The position numbers and the translations under genes were made by a program. The notes beneath the pieces are model-generated. The model was not told the origin of the DNA. It saw nothing but the letters and a program-made list of their open reading frames with translations, and made no database searches. Source: Psammoneis japonica (taxonomy: Eukaryota). Taken from it: 20,000 nucleotides of DNA. The first letter of the stretch is position 1, and the number at the start of each line of letters is the position of its first letter. Below, in pieces: positions 1 through 10,475 of this stretch. Location: positions 430,219 to 450,218 of the forward strand of contig QPGO01000052.1 in NCBI GenBank assembly GCA_008632985.1. Direction: 5' to 3'.

Positions 1-587
1 TCAGCCTTGGTGGTTTCCGGATTAAATCTATATTTTGCCCGTACATCCGGTGGAACACCCGGGAACATTTGAGCCAATCGATACATTGGTCCTAAATCGC
101 TTAGTTTGACCGCCTTTCGCGTCACAACGTCCATCACCTTTTGACCCTGTTCAATCATTTCAAAGCCGGTTTCGTCATCCACAATAATCCGCGACACTTC
201 AGGCCGCTCTGACTTTTCCTTCGCAATACGATTCCCGACCGTGGAAGCGCCACCAGTGATACTGTCAGCAGCAGTTGGTTCTTCTGGAGCAGCATCGGCG
301 TTGTCGTCGTCTTCGCCAATGTACACTGGATCGTCTCCAGCAGCACTACTCCGGGTAGATGCCGCAGTGTCGTCGTCATCATCGTCGAGTAGAACTTCAC
401 GAAGTCGCTTGTTTCGCATCTCTTGTTGTTGTTGTTTTTTCTGCTGTCTACGAGCTCTGCGATTCATGGCAAATAAGGTAGTTGTAGTGAAGGGCTGACT
501 ACGAGTAGGCGGCGAGAAGGCTTGACATGATTGACTGCAAAGCCACAGCGTCAGCACGCCGCTTAATGCCATCCATCTCCAACTCAT
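1..587 (-). CDS. Plastid-targeted protein of unknown function (5' part; runs off window start)
   Basis: Hand translation from ATG at 587: MSWRWMALSGVLTLWLCSQSCQA-FSPPTRSQPFTTTTLFAM...IIVDDETGFEMIEQGQKVMDVVTRKAVKLSDLGPMYRLAQMFPGVPPDVRAKYRF. Open to base 1. Signal peptide, then A-F cleavage (ASAFAP-like), then an S/T-rich transit peptide. Absent from the ORF track because there is no stop in the window. Confidence 0.75.
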   Translation of the reverse strand, partial: MSWRWMALSGVLTLWLCSQSCQAFSPPTRSQPFTTTTLFAMNRRARRQQKKQQQQEMRNKRLREVLLDDDDDDTAASTRSSAAGDDPVYIGEDDDNADAAPEEPTAADSITGGASTVGNRIAKEKSERPEVSRIIVDDETGFEMIEQGQKVMDVVTRKAVKLSDLGPMYRLAQMFPGVPPDVRAKYRFNPETTKA

Positions 588-1848
588 GATTTATAAGCAG
601 AAAAGTTCAGGAACAACGGGTAATGAAGAGGAACGCAAGGTACAGTATCGAAAAAGCAGGAAGTGTACACTTGATGATGTTTCACCATCGCGCTCATCCA
701 AGCCAAGCAAGGTTTCAACGAAAAGATGCCATTGACGAGTGACGCATTCAACAAACCCGGAGTTAGATTTTATGTGCGGTCACAATCGCATTCCACGTGT
801 TACACAATAATTACATCGGCTCATAGCCAATAAGACAGTGTGAATGCTATTCTTTGAACTCTCTACTCTTTGTGTCTACCTGCTACTGTTTCCATAGCTT
901 GGCAGGGAAAGCGAAACTCCGGGGAAAATAGTAGAAGATGGGAGGAAATGCTTGACTTTCGTGTACTACTGTAGCTCTACATACGTGATGTAGCGAAAGA
1001 CTACACTCTTGTATTATCTATCGGAGAACTGCAGAACTTTCGAGTCTTCAATTTTAAAGAAATGTGACATTGTAACTGGAACAATGTCATCATTCATCCG
1101 CAAATGCATTCTAAACATTCTCCTTTTTCTAGTTGAAACATGGCGATGACGTGCCATTGTTAGATCGGAACGACATTGTGTCGCTCGCTGTTGTGCGACC
1201 GTGGCCGCTGATCCATGGTGCTCTGCGCGACAGTCGTTAGCATTGCATTCCGTTGGAGCAGGTGCGATGTTGTCGCGTCCATCTAGGCATACATGAGAGG
1301 GATTCGCCAAAAGTCAGAGCGCAAGTGTGAAGCAAAATATAGAATACACAGGCTCGTTGGAAGGCTCTGTCGATTCAACCACGAGTTCTGGCGTATAGCA
1401 TAACTCTTAGTTGGCACGGAAGGGTCCTCCTCGAAGCGACGTGACCGCGCCGCTATGCCGCTCCGTGCGCCAGGACCAGCAATGCTGCAAAGATAACGCG
1501 GTTCTGTCCCATCTCACTCTGATGCTGCAGACCCAATATTTTCGAATGGCCTGTCGTTAACAGCTTACTCTCGACTGACACTTTAGAAACGGGTCATTCT
1601 GAGACAGCAACGATGAAGTCGACGGTGCCCGGACTTGTTGATAGACACCAGTTGGGGAAAAACCTGCCATATAAATGTCATGTTCATCTCCAACAAGAAA
1701 GTGTGCGTAGCTTGACAACTGTGGCCATCATCCAACTAGGCAGGTAATAGGTGTTAGCAGCAGAAGGCGAGACTTCAGATTGACCCTGGCAATGACTGGT
1801 CGAGCGACAGAGAGAAATTCAAACTACAATCTTTCCATAAACGAGTAC

Positions 1849-2676
1849 CTAATGATTGGCCTCCTCCATAGCTTCGTCCGCGTCGTCTTCTTCATCTTCG
1901 TCTCCTTGAGGAGCACTCCACCACGTCGTCAATCCAAGTCCGTCCTCACAGATGGAGCCGACAATATGCATGCTCGCTGGTATCTTTGAATCTGAAAGAT
2001 CTAAAGAAGAGCTTCTCTTTCGAACGGGACGATCTGGAAAGCTCTCTGAAGAATCCTTTGGGCTATTTTCATCTCCACCGGTGAGAGACTTTCTGTCCAT
2101 AGATGTGAACAAAGACGATTGGGCTGTTGTCGTTGTGGTAGCTTGTACTCCCTTGGCGGTGTTTGTCACTTGAGTAAAATTGATGGACTTGACTTTGAAC
2201 CGTATCTGTGCACCAATATCCATTTCAAATCGATTTTCTTCAGCCGCTTCTCCAGTACCTTCTTCTTCGTCGTCGTACTGAGGAGTCCAAACCCATAGGC
2301 CTGATTCCTTTTCATACTGACTAGGACGAAGCATCCAATAAGCTGGGATGAAGACATCGTCAAAGAATCCCAAACTGACGCGGATACCATCTTGTGTACT
2401 TTTCGATATTGTTCCGAGACAGACCTCCTCGACAAAAGGCCGAAACACCACCAGTCGAACAATGACTTCATGATGTGCCCCTCCGTCCCCAGCCACACAG
2501 ACACCGTCTCCAATTTCCAAGGCATCCCCATACCGACAAATCACCAAACCTACGTCCATAATCACGCGGTTGGGGTACTTTTTGTCCATCTCGCCATGAA
2601 CTGAAGTCAAAGTCGGCTGTGCCAGCAGTGACGGAGGAATCCTTACCGTGTCAGCGACCGTCGTTAACACAAACAT
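1849..2676 (-). CDS. RPC8: DNA-directed RNA polymerase III subunit RPC8 (C25; Rpb7 family)
   Basis: MFVLTTVADTVRIPP...NRVIMDVGLVIC...GDGGAHHEVIVRLVVFRPFVEEVCLGTI...GIRVSLGFFDDVFIP...LWVW...IRFKV...IVGSICEDGLGLTTWW matches the POLR3H/RPC25 pattern end to end. First ATG is at 2676 (the ORF track starts at an upstream TTG). Normal Tyr and TA content. Confidence 0.95.
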   Translation of the reverse strand: MFVLTTVADTVRIPPSLLAQPTLTSVHGEMDKKYPNRVIMDVGLVICRYGDALEIGDGVCVAGDGGAHHEVIVRLVVFRPFVEEVCLGTISKSTQDGIRVSLGFFDDVFIPAYWMLRPSQYEKESGLWVWTPQYDDEEEGTGEAAEENRFEMDIGAQIRFKVKSINFTQVTNTAKGVQATTTTTAQSSLFTSMDRKSLTGGDENSPKDSSESFPDRPVRKRSSSLDLSDSKIPASMHIVGSICEDGLGLTTWWSAPQGDEDEEDDADEAMEEANH

Positions 2677-2917
2677 TCTCGTGAAGAACAAAAATCCTTC
2701 TTGTGCTGTTGACCGTCTGAAACTTTTCTAACCTTGTATATCACTACTCTAGCTAGTGATACTTCCGTTCTACCACTTAGATACAGCCAACGTCATGCCA
2801 TAACTGCAACAAGATAGAGTCGGGGGCAGGTTCCAGGGTACATACGATACGGTACGTAACGAATTTTCATTGACCACTCAGTGGTTGGTGATTGCAGACT
2901 TTTTCGTGTCGGTCCGG

Positions 2918-2941
2918 CAGTCGGGCAGTCGGGCAGTCGGG
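2918..2941 (+). repeat. Tandem 8-mer (CAGTCGGG)x3
   Basis: Directly visible: cagtcggg cagtcggg cagtcggg. Confidence 0.9.
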
Positions 2942-3764
2942 TTGTCCGTCTGAATTTGAAAGTGTGTCCCTCGGATTTTGGAACGGGATGGGTTGTTTAG
3001 TACAGATGAATTCTTCGGATTCGTAGAATGATCATTGAGGACATGAGAGGTCGTGGGGACATCCTAAAAAATCGATAAATTCCCTACGACGGGTACGTGG
3101 CACGGTTTTTCAGGAGAGCTCGAAAGTTCTCAAAAATTGGGATTGCCGGCGTGGCATGTTGAAAAATGTATTTTAAGTTATAAACAAAGATAATTAATCG
3201 TGAATTCTACACGAAACAGTCATATTTGGGAAAACATATCGAACAATAAGTGAGTTTGTGCGATGCGCTATTATGGCGATAAATTGGAAAAAAAAGAGTG
3301 TCCGTGCACCTCGCTACAGCCCCAAAAATGGCATGAGACATCAAACATGACGGTCATCCGCGTCACCGGTGCGGTGGCCACGCCACTCAGCCGCCACAAT
3401 GCCGGCCCCGGCGGCAGGGCCCTGCGCACGTGCAGGCAACACAGCATGCAACGGCACACACCCACACCCACAAAAAGAAAGACAAGTGGTCAATGCTCCC
3501 CGCAGGCCTGGTTTGTTTTGATGAAGAACGAAGACCAAACATTGATTGAAGATGCCGTCATTCAGTGCGTGCTTGCTGGTGGCGAAATCCGGGGCGCGCA
3601 GCTATGGGAGGGGCACGCCGTAGAAATCACGCAGGGACGAATTTTCTTGGATCGAAACGAGAGTTGCCTTAGTCGACAGAGGGTGTTACGGCGGTCTTAA
3701 AATGGGGGGCAACTTTTTCATTTGCCTTGCATTCGTCGTTGACGAGATCGATGAAGTGACCACA

Positions 3765-4200
3765 ATTTTCCCGTGCTTTGCCGTGCAATCATCACTGAAA
3801 ACATTTCGATTTTCCGAAAATCCTGCTGTCGCTCGTTTGCAGTTTTGGAATGTCGCTGCAACTTTTGTCATGCCGACACTGGCCAATGTCAAAAGCAGAG
3901 GCTCTCACGTCTCTAACAATGCATCCCCAAGTCACCTGACTCCGCAGTTGGAAAGAACGTGAAACGGTGCTTTTGTTGCTTTTGCCGCACTTCACCATGT
4001 GATCACGACTGAAAATCCTTGATGTCTCGTTTGCAGTTTTGGAGTGACATTGCGGCCATTGTGATGCCAAAAGTGACCAACATCAAAAGCAGAATCAATC
4101 ACGTCTCTGACAATGTGTCTGCCACTTCAGCTGCCTCTCCAGTTGCAGAGAACGACCAATGGCATCTTTCTCTCTTTCGCCGCACTTCGCCGTGCAAAAA
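3765..4200 (-). repeat. Degenerate tandem repeat, unit about 195-210 nt, about 2.3 copies (probably a repeated protein module)
   Basis: 3816-3925 (gaaaatcc...ctcgtttgcagttttggaatg...tcaaaagcaga...cacgtctctaacaatg) aligns with 4011-4118. Minus-strand readings are IVRDVRASAFDIG..PKLQT and IVRDVIDSAFDVG..PKLQT. An HG(E/K)xRxx motif occurs three times. Confidence 0.75.
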
Positions 4201-4289
4201 TCGCCGAGTGCCAACACACGCCCATTTCGCGGTGGAACTGAGTTCTCATTTCAAAGCACAATGAGCTCCACCATTTTGTTCTTTCTGCT

Positions 4290-4950
4290 TGTCTGTTCAG
4301 GACATGATTCTTTGCAGCTTCTGATGTTGGTGTCGGCAGAGGCGGTTTGATGGCAGGTTTGGAGAAGACTTTGTCACAAGAGAATGCAAGGCGTGGCTTG
4401 TTTGCAGGTTTGCCACGGGGCTTCCAAGGCAGAGGCAAGCCCTTCTTTCTGGCATCAACGCGTGCTCTTTTGTGCACTGTTTGCTTTGGCATCTTGTCTG
4501 TCTCATCCTTGGTCTTGTTGAACATGAAGATTCTCGCATGGCGCCCTCGTGTCATCGTCTGGTTCATCGACAGCAAGCATTTCCTTCGCATTCATGACAC
4601 CAAAATCCATTCCAGACTCAAGGATTGCATGACTCAAGAACACGGCATGAGCTGATTTGCGGATTTTCGTTGCTCCTCGGAATCCAAATGAAAGGTTTGA
4701 ACTGCCACCAACAACCTTTGCATGCGGACACCGTTCCTTGATGGTCTTTGTTGTTGATGAGGTCGACTTGCAGTTGGCATGTTCCTCCATGCCGGCGCCA
4801 ATTGTCGACGCATTGGGGTCACACACAATGTCTGTGCCCACTTCGTGAATGTCGTGCGAGCGCTTGCATGTCCAAACCTTGTCCTCCTTGGTCGCTGCAT
4901 GTCCTTGTTCGTCAAATGCCATGTCTGCTGCTGCAGCACCGTGTTTCTCC
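4290..4950 (-). pseudogene. METH: Cobalamin-dependent methionine synthase fragment (pterin-binding domain), frameshifted
   Basis: KHGAAAADMAFDEQGHAATKEDKVWTCKRSHDI...DIVCDPNASTIGAGMEEHANC...IKERCPHAKVVGGSSNLSFGFRGATKIRKSAHAVFLSHAILESGMDFGVMNA corresponds to MetH motifs MAFDE.GQA, CKRSY, DPN.LTI.TG.EEH..Y, SGG.SNLSF.FRG, GMDMGIVNA. The downstream boundary (continuation in another frame) is approximate. Confidence 0.9.
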
Positions 4951-5719
4951 AACCATGTCCAACCACCCATTGCTCTCCACAATGTGCCTCTCAGTGGCGC
5001 TCTTCCTGTTGACATGGCCGAAAACGCAGTGTTGGAATGCTTGTTGCTTGTCGTGAACTTGGAGTCGATCGCTCTCAATGTCTCAGAGTCCAAGAGCCTA
5101 AAAATCCTTTTCTCAGAGCTTTCATCATGACAGCAAGTTGTTTGCTGACAGACCAAGTCTCTGTGGTCTTTGTTTCCAGCACATGACAAAACCATTTCTC
5201 GCGAAGGTGTCATTTGGATGACGGCATGATGTTCAGATGAGATGTGAGGTCATTTGCAGACATTTCAAAATCACTTGATGAAACTGCCACCAAAAATCAT
5301 GCTTCGGAGCCCCTCTCCTAATTCGATGACGGTGGACACGATGGCATCAAATGTGCATCTTTTCACGTTGATCCTGAGGGTGCAAAAGCAATGTGGTGCG
5401 AAACGGCATGTTTGTTGGTCAGGTGTCGACATTGTTTTTAATGTCTCAACCAAATCGTTGTTCGAGACAGCCCCTTGCAGCATTCCACCTGATGAGATGA
5501 TGGCGGATGCAACACTTTGAAGGGCTGTCTGAAACAGTGATTCTGAGGGTGCGAAAGCGATTTGGTGAGAAACGGCAGGTTGACTTGGTGGTCGCTTGGC
5601 AAACGTTGTGGCGGGAGTTGGAAGCCCGGCCTTGTGCAAGCACTGGACATTGAATGTTTCAATGCAATGAGCAGGAACAACACTCACGCGGAATGCAATC
5701 CTCACAGCTGCTGACACTC

Positions 5720-6997
5720 AAACCATGCAGAAAACCCCATGCAGCAAACAAGTGCACAGTCTTGCGAAGCATGTGAGTCCCGACTTGGAACTTGTTGGGG
5801 TCGCGACCAAGGTTGGTGATAATCAGATGCTTCACAATGGTCAGAAAGGAAGCACAAGCAATGTGCGCCTGGCTGTCAAGGCCATCTGGAGCAGCCTTTT
5901 TCAATGACGTCAAGGGTGGAGGAAACAAATGTCTGCCGTGCATCTCACACACACACAAACATGCCACAGCAGGTGGCGGATGGGACAAAATTCGGGGTTC
6001 TTGTCGTCAGCACAAAGAACCAAACAAACAGGCACTTTGTCCGATTTGCCTGGTGCTTCCACTGCCACTGCATTGCACGCCCTTCTTGTGGATGACCCAA
6101 AGTTCAACCAAGGCATCTCGCTCATGTTGTCTTCATTTTTGCAACTCTTTTTACCTCTTGGATGAAAAGAGTTGCTGAAGTTAAGTGCCTTGAGTGATGC
6201 AATTTCATCAGCGTGCAGAAACAATTTAATGCTGAGCAATGTCATGAGACATGTCTGAATTGACACGACATCACCCCAAAACAGCAGAGTGTTGCACAGT
6301 TGCTGCACTTCATCAGGAAGCAATTGCCCGTTGCCCTTTGTCTCATGTGTGTTTTTCCTCAGGTCAGCCAAAATTTGCACCATGACTTGACATTGACATC
6401 GCTCATGATGTTGCCCTGTGAGCAAAGTGGCAAATTCATCACATGATGGATGCAAGAACAACATTGTCCAGTCTGTGGCTGTGCCGGGATGTCCATGGTG
6501 GGGGCAGCATCACCAGCGCTCAAGTCATTGTTGGAAGGGTTGCTCATCCGTTTTGTGGCTGACAACTGCAGAAGTGTGCCGAGGTTGTGATTTGATGATG
6601 ATTCGCTCTCAGGACAATTTGACACACAGGGGCCCTGGCATGTCAAGTGGTGGTTGTGGAGAAAGTTGACGGCCATGCTCATTTTGCAGCACAAGCCAGG
6701 GGATTTCCACCCACCCAAGACAAATGTGGGAGTGCCAAAAACGTCGCACACAGGTTGCAATGTCTCGGGGCGAATGAGTGGCGTGCCGAGGTTGCTGAAG
6801 TGAAAATTGAGGTGAAGCCGGAAGCTCTCCTTCTTGAACGGCAGTGGATTCAATGGACAACAAATGCGATCACAGAGCACAGCAGACTGATGACACCCAA
6901 CAATGAAAAAGAACTTTCTCATTTCACTCCACAAATTTTTGCAGCTTCTTGCTGTGTCTCTGTCAAGCACACAGCTGGGGTCATTGCGGGGGATCAC
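5720..6997 (-). mobile_element. Degenerate tyrosine recombinase ORF, Crypton-like transposon relic
   Basis: Across three frames: LLSIKLFL(H<R)ADEIASL (box I Arg), GKSDK (catalytic Lys), EFCPIRHLLW, GTHMLRKT (HxxR), plus an N-terminal region TARSCKNLWSEMRKFF...GGWKSPG. The catalytic Tyr box was not found (truncated). Family assignment is inference. Confidence 0.7.
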
Positions 6998-7295
6998 ATG
7001 GTTGCTGTTTTTTCAAGTCAAGTTTTGTGATGAGAGCACCCAACTCCATCTCACCTTTGCTGGCAATGGCATCAGAGTGCTGAAGTTTGAGCAGCATTGG
7101 CGGCACTTGGTGCCGTTCATTCTGTGCAATGGCAGTGGCAGCAGCAGAGCATCTTGCCATTTTCAGTGTGCAATCGCAACGACGGCAGTGTTGTGAGAAT
7201 CAGCACGCCAATGGGTTTTTGAAGTCATTTTGGTGCACCACATGTGACCGTTGAAGACACAATGTCTAAAACATTTTTAGCCAGCTGCTTGTGGC

Positions 7296-7500
7296 GGGCA
7301 CAGTGCGGGCACCATGGGCACTGCCGGGCCGGGCACTTCTGCATTTTTGCACACTAAAATTGCACTGAAGATTCCACATGTGCGACGACTGTGCAGAGAA
7401 TGACTCTGAGAGCTGCAATGATTCCTGTTGTCATGTCCCAAATTTTGCCGCGTGCCCCGAATTTTGCCGCCAGCAGCCAGCCAGCAGCCAGCAGCCAGCC
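7296..7500. repeat. Short repeat clusters: GGGCAC x4 (7296-7336), AATTTTGCCGC x2 (7441-7470), (C)CAG/CAGC array (7471-7500)
   Basis: Directly visible; possibly subterminal repeats of a transposon. Confidence 0.6.
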
Positions 7501-8824
7501 ACGCACATTTCACGCGTGCAGCACCCCGATCATTGGTGTTTTTGCAATGTGCGTGGAAAGCAGTGCAGTTTGTGGCACTGTCCAACATTGATTTGCATTT
7601 CAGTGCTTTGTGCTCTTGCTTGTTGGGTGAATGACACACAACAAATCCAAAACAACAGCACAATGATGTGCTTCAGTTCTGTTTGCATTCATTGCTCAGC
7701 TGTTCCCAAGGGTGTGCAACCATGTGACAGCCTGTCGGAGACAGCGACACCAACGTTGCATGTGTTGTGTTCCTCAGAGATCAGGAAAGAAGCAAGTTTC
7801 AACAAATGAGATGCACAAAACACATGTTGACTTTTGTTCTCTTTTGCCGTGTTGATAATGCGGGTGTCAAAGAGCCCAATCTTGTTGTCCTTTGCTGTTG
7901 GTTTGTCTTCATTGTGCTTTGAATTCTTGAGCTCTGAACTGAATTCACACAATGACAGCACGGCCCAACAATGTCTTGCCTCACACATTGCTTGCTTCCG
8001 TTTTCATGGGTTGTGTGTTGTGTTGTCACCAGTGTTGCTGCACTTGCATGCAGACCATGCTGAGATTCCCTTGGTCAGTGCAACAGACATTGAGCCAATG
8101 TTGCCAGGTTGTCCAGAGTGACGATGCGGTGGCTTGGACAGCTGATTCATTGTTCAAGTGACCTTGGTGGTGCGCAGACATGCAATCAATCTTCTTGATG
8201 AGGATTCGCTTCCAAGTGTTCACATCCGGACCAACACGATGCAGTCAACACAGCATGCTGGGGCACTCCACATGCTTCAATGCTTTGTTTGCCAAAGAGA
8301 GCATCAAACTCTCAGGCAGTTCCTTGGTTGGCCAAGACAATTCTGTCTGTTTCTTCATTGACTCAAAATGTTTCATGGAACAATGCAGTTTCATCCTTTC
8401 TCAACTCATGAACCACCCCTTCCATCAGCGCACAAGAGCATGTTAGATGGGGCCATTTCTCACAACAATTTTGCGGAGCAAGAAGAATTGCTCACAAAGG
8501 AAATGTCAACAGAGCAGCTTCAAATCAAACTCACTTGGCTTGGGGATTTCCTCACAAAGCTGTCAGTGGAAGGGGGCGTGAAGTTCCGCTTGTGTTTGCA
8601 GTCTGAAGCATTGACAGCATGGCATGCAACAAGTTTGCAGCGTGGTTTAAAACGTTAAACTCATGCATGCCAAGTGCAACAGTGCCTTTCTTTAGATTTT
8701 GTCTCAATGAGCAATCTCTCCAGAAGAAAGGGCGGTTCAACCTTGACAACCCATGCACCCTCATTGGTTGCGTTGGCCACACAGTTTTTCCCATGAATGG
8801 CAAGCGAGTTGCCAATCTCCCTCA

Positions 8825-9200
8825 CTCACAGCCTTGGCCGCTGCGGCATCGGCCTTTCCCTTGCACTGGGCAAAGATGTCTCCAGAAGCACTGCTGCTCA
8901 ATGCTGTGACGGTTGGACCAACACCGCTCAGACAGGCACAGCATGCACCAGCATTCTCTGCAGCTTCAATCATGGGGAAAAGACAAGGACACAATCTTGG
9001 TCTTTGACAAGGTTGGCGCATTTTATCTTGAGCTCCCCATTTTAAATTGTCCAGCTTTCTGACACACAATGCATGAATCGAGAAAGCGACCCAATCAACA
9101 TTGAAAGCAGCATCTTCTTGTGCAGCGGCTGGGGCTTTGAGGCAGCTCCAGCAGCCGAACCCTTGCCGACAAAGTCCAGGACAAACATGGCCAGTTGCAG
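8825..9200 (-). pseudogene. thrB: Homoserine kinase (GHMP family) C-terminal fragment
   Basis: LQLAMFVLDFVGK.. / EDAAFNVDWVAFSIHALC..LKWGAQDKMRQP..LCPCLFPMIEAAENAGACCACLSGVGPTVTAL matches the HSK pattern DAVFN..R, D.lHQP.R, aGA.g.yLSGAGPT. Frameshifted. Confidence 0.82.
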
Positions 9201-9438
9201 TCATTGAGGCCCAAATCGTCCAAACAAATGAATCCACATTTCATCCTGAAGACCAAATGAAATGTGCCAGACTGCCAGGGTTGTGTCAGAGCAAGGTGTG
9301 TGCAGCATTGCAAGTTTCGTGCAATGTGGCAAAGAAATGAGAGCCATGTTCTTTTGCCGTGGAAACTGGATCTTCTTCCATGTTTCCCTGGATCCTTTTT
9401 CAGCATGTCATCCAGGAGGGTGTCTGGGAACTCACTTG

Positions 9439-9941
9439 GGGATGGATCTACGTCGTGCTGCGGTCTGTTTTTTGGGAGCTCGTAATTTTTATAAAAAGAA
9501 CCCGGACGCATCGCAGCAAATGCGTGCGTGTTCGCAAAAAAAATTCAGCGATGGGTTGAACTTTGTCCGTTCGCCAGACACCCTAGAATGCTCAAACGAC
9601 AGGTGTGGCCATGCGCGACTTTTACCTCAACGACTGCAGACATGTCCACAGCCAGTCAAATGCCATTCATCGGCATTTCCCGGAAAGTTGCCGCCAATCT
9701 CCCATGAGAAGCCCGATTTTAGCGAAAATCAGCGGTTTTTCCGACCTGACAAAAGGGCATGGGTCGACAAGTGGCATTTGAAGCGCTAAATGTGCAGCTC
9801 TCATAGCCGTCTAACAGCCCCTGTGAGGGTTTGACGAATGCACAAGTGTTCCGGGGTGTTCCGAGGCAGGTCAAAACAACACGGTGAAGTGCGGGAAATG
9901 CGAGCCATTTTAAATTAGACCGCAGCACGTAGATCCATCCT
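9439..9941. mobile_element. Non-autonomous TIR element (MITE), about 500 bp
   Basis: Left end GGATGGATCTACGT(CGT)GCTGCGGTCT (9440-9466) is the inverse of right end AGACCGCAGCACGTAGATCCATCC (9917-9940). No recognisable coding content. Retains more TA and CG than its flanks. Confidence 0.85.
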
Positions 9942-10393
9942 CAAAAAAGGATCCAGGTCCCTCACATTCTCATTGCGGTGGGATGCACCAGGTGAGGGGT
10001 TTGAAAAGCATGAATTTGTGCAGAGCATTTTTGAAAATTTGAGTGGTCAGCAGGTGCACATGATGATGTTTCGCTTCAACTTGCGCAGGCTGCAGGGTGA
10101 GGGTGCATTTCCCACATTTGTTTGTCCCTTCACAGTGCCAATTTGGCCAGCCTGATTGGGTTGTCCAACCGACACAAAAGAAGAAAGGTTCAGAGGTCTT
10201 GTCCACCTCTGGCCAGCTTGTCAGCAGGGGGTTTTAACCCGTTGCTCTGCTCTCAGGCAACCCAAAGCACCAACAGCTGTGGGTTTGGACGTGCCAGCAC
10301 AACTCTGTGGACCGGGTGGGAAGCTTGGCATTTGGCTGCAAACGGGACAGCACAGCCCAGCAGCTTCTGATTTGCAAGATGGTTTGAGACTTT

Positions 10394-10430
10394 AAGTCAA
10401 GATTCAAGTCAAGTTTCAAGTCATTTCAAG
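10394..10430 (+). repeat. TCAAG-rich tract upstream of gag
   Basis: aagtcaagattcaagtcaagtttcaagtcatttcaag immediately 5' of the gag ATG; likely the retroelement leader. Confidence 0.6.
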
Positions 10431-10475
10431 CTCACCCTCGACTCTAGCCAGTCCTGACACCCACCTGGTTGCAAC

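Noticed and set aside
1014..1310. 98-aa minus-strand ORF between the two real genes
   Set aside because: TTG start in a eukaryotic context, no recognisable motifs, and no convincing upstream exon could be built.
155..2604. Short ORFs overlapping the plastid-protein and RPC8 genes
   Set aside because: Shadow or alternative frames of the two real CDSs.
7690..8700. Possible additional decayed coding sequence
   Set aside because: No family motif recognisable in any frame.
9387..9957. 14-bp inverted match CCTGGATCCTTTTT flanking the MITE
   Set aside because: Asymmetric spacing relative to the TIRs; probably chance or part of the target sequence.
9960..10390. 5' LTR/PBS of the Copia element
   Set aside because: No matching 3' copy after RNase H. 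The purine run near 14915 lies inside the LTA4H-like coding relic.
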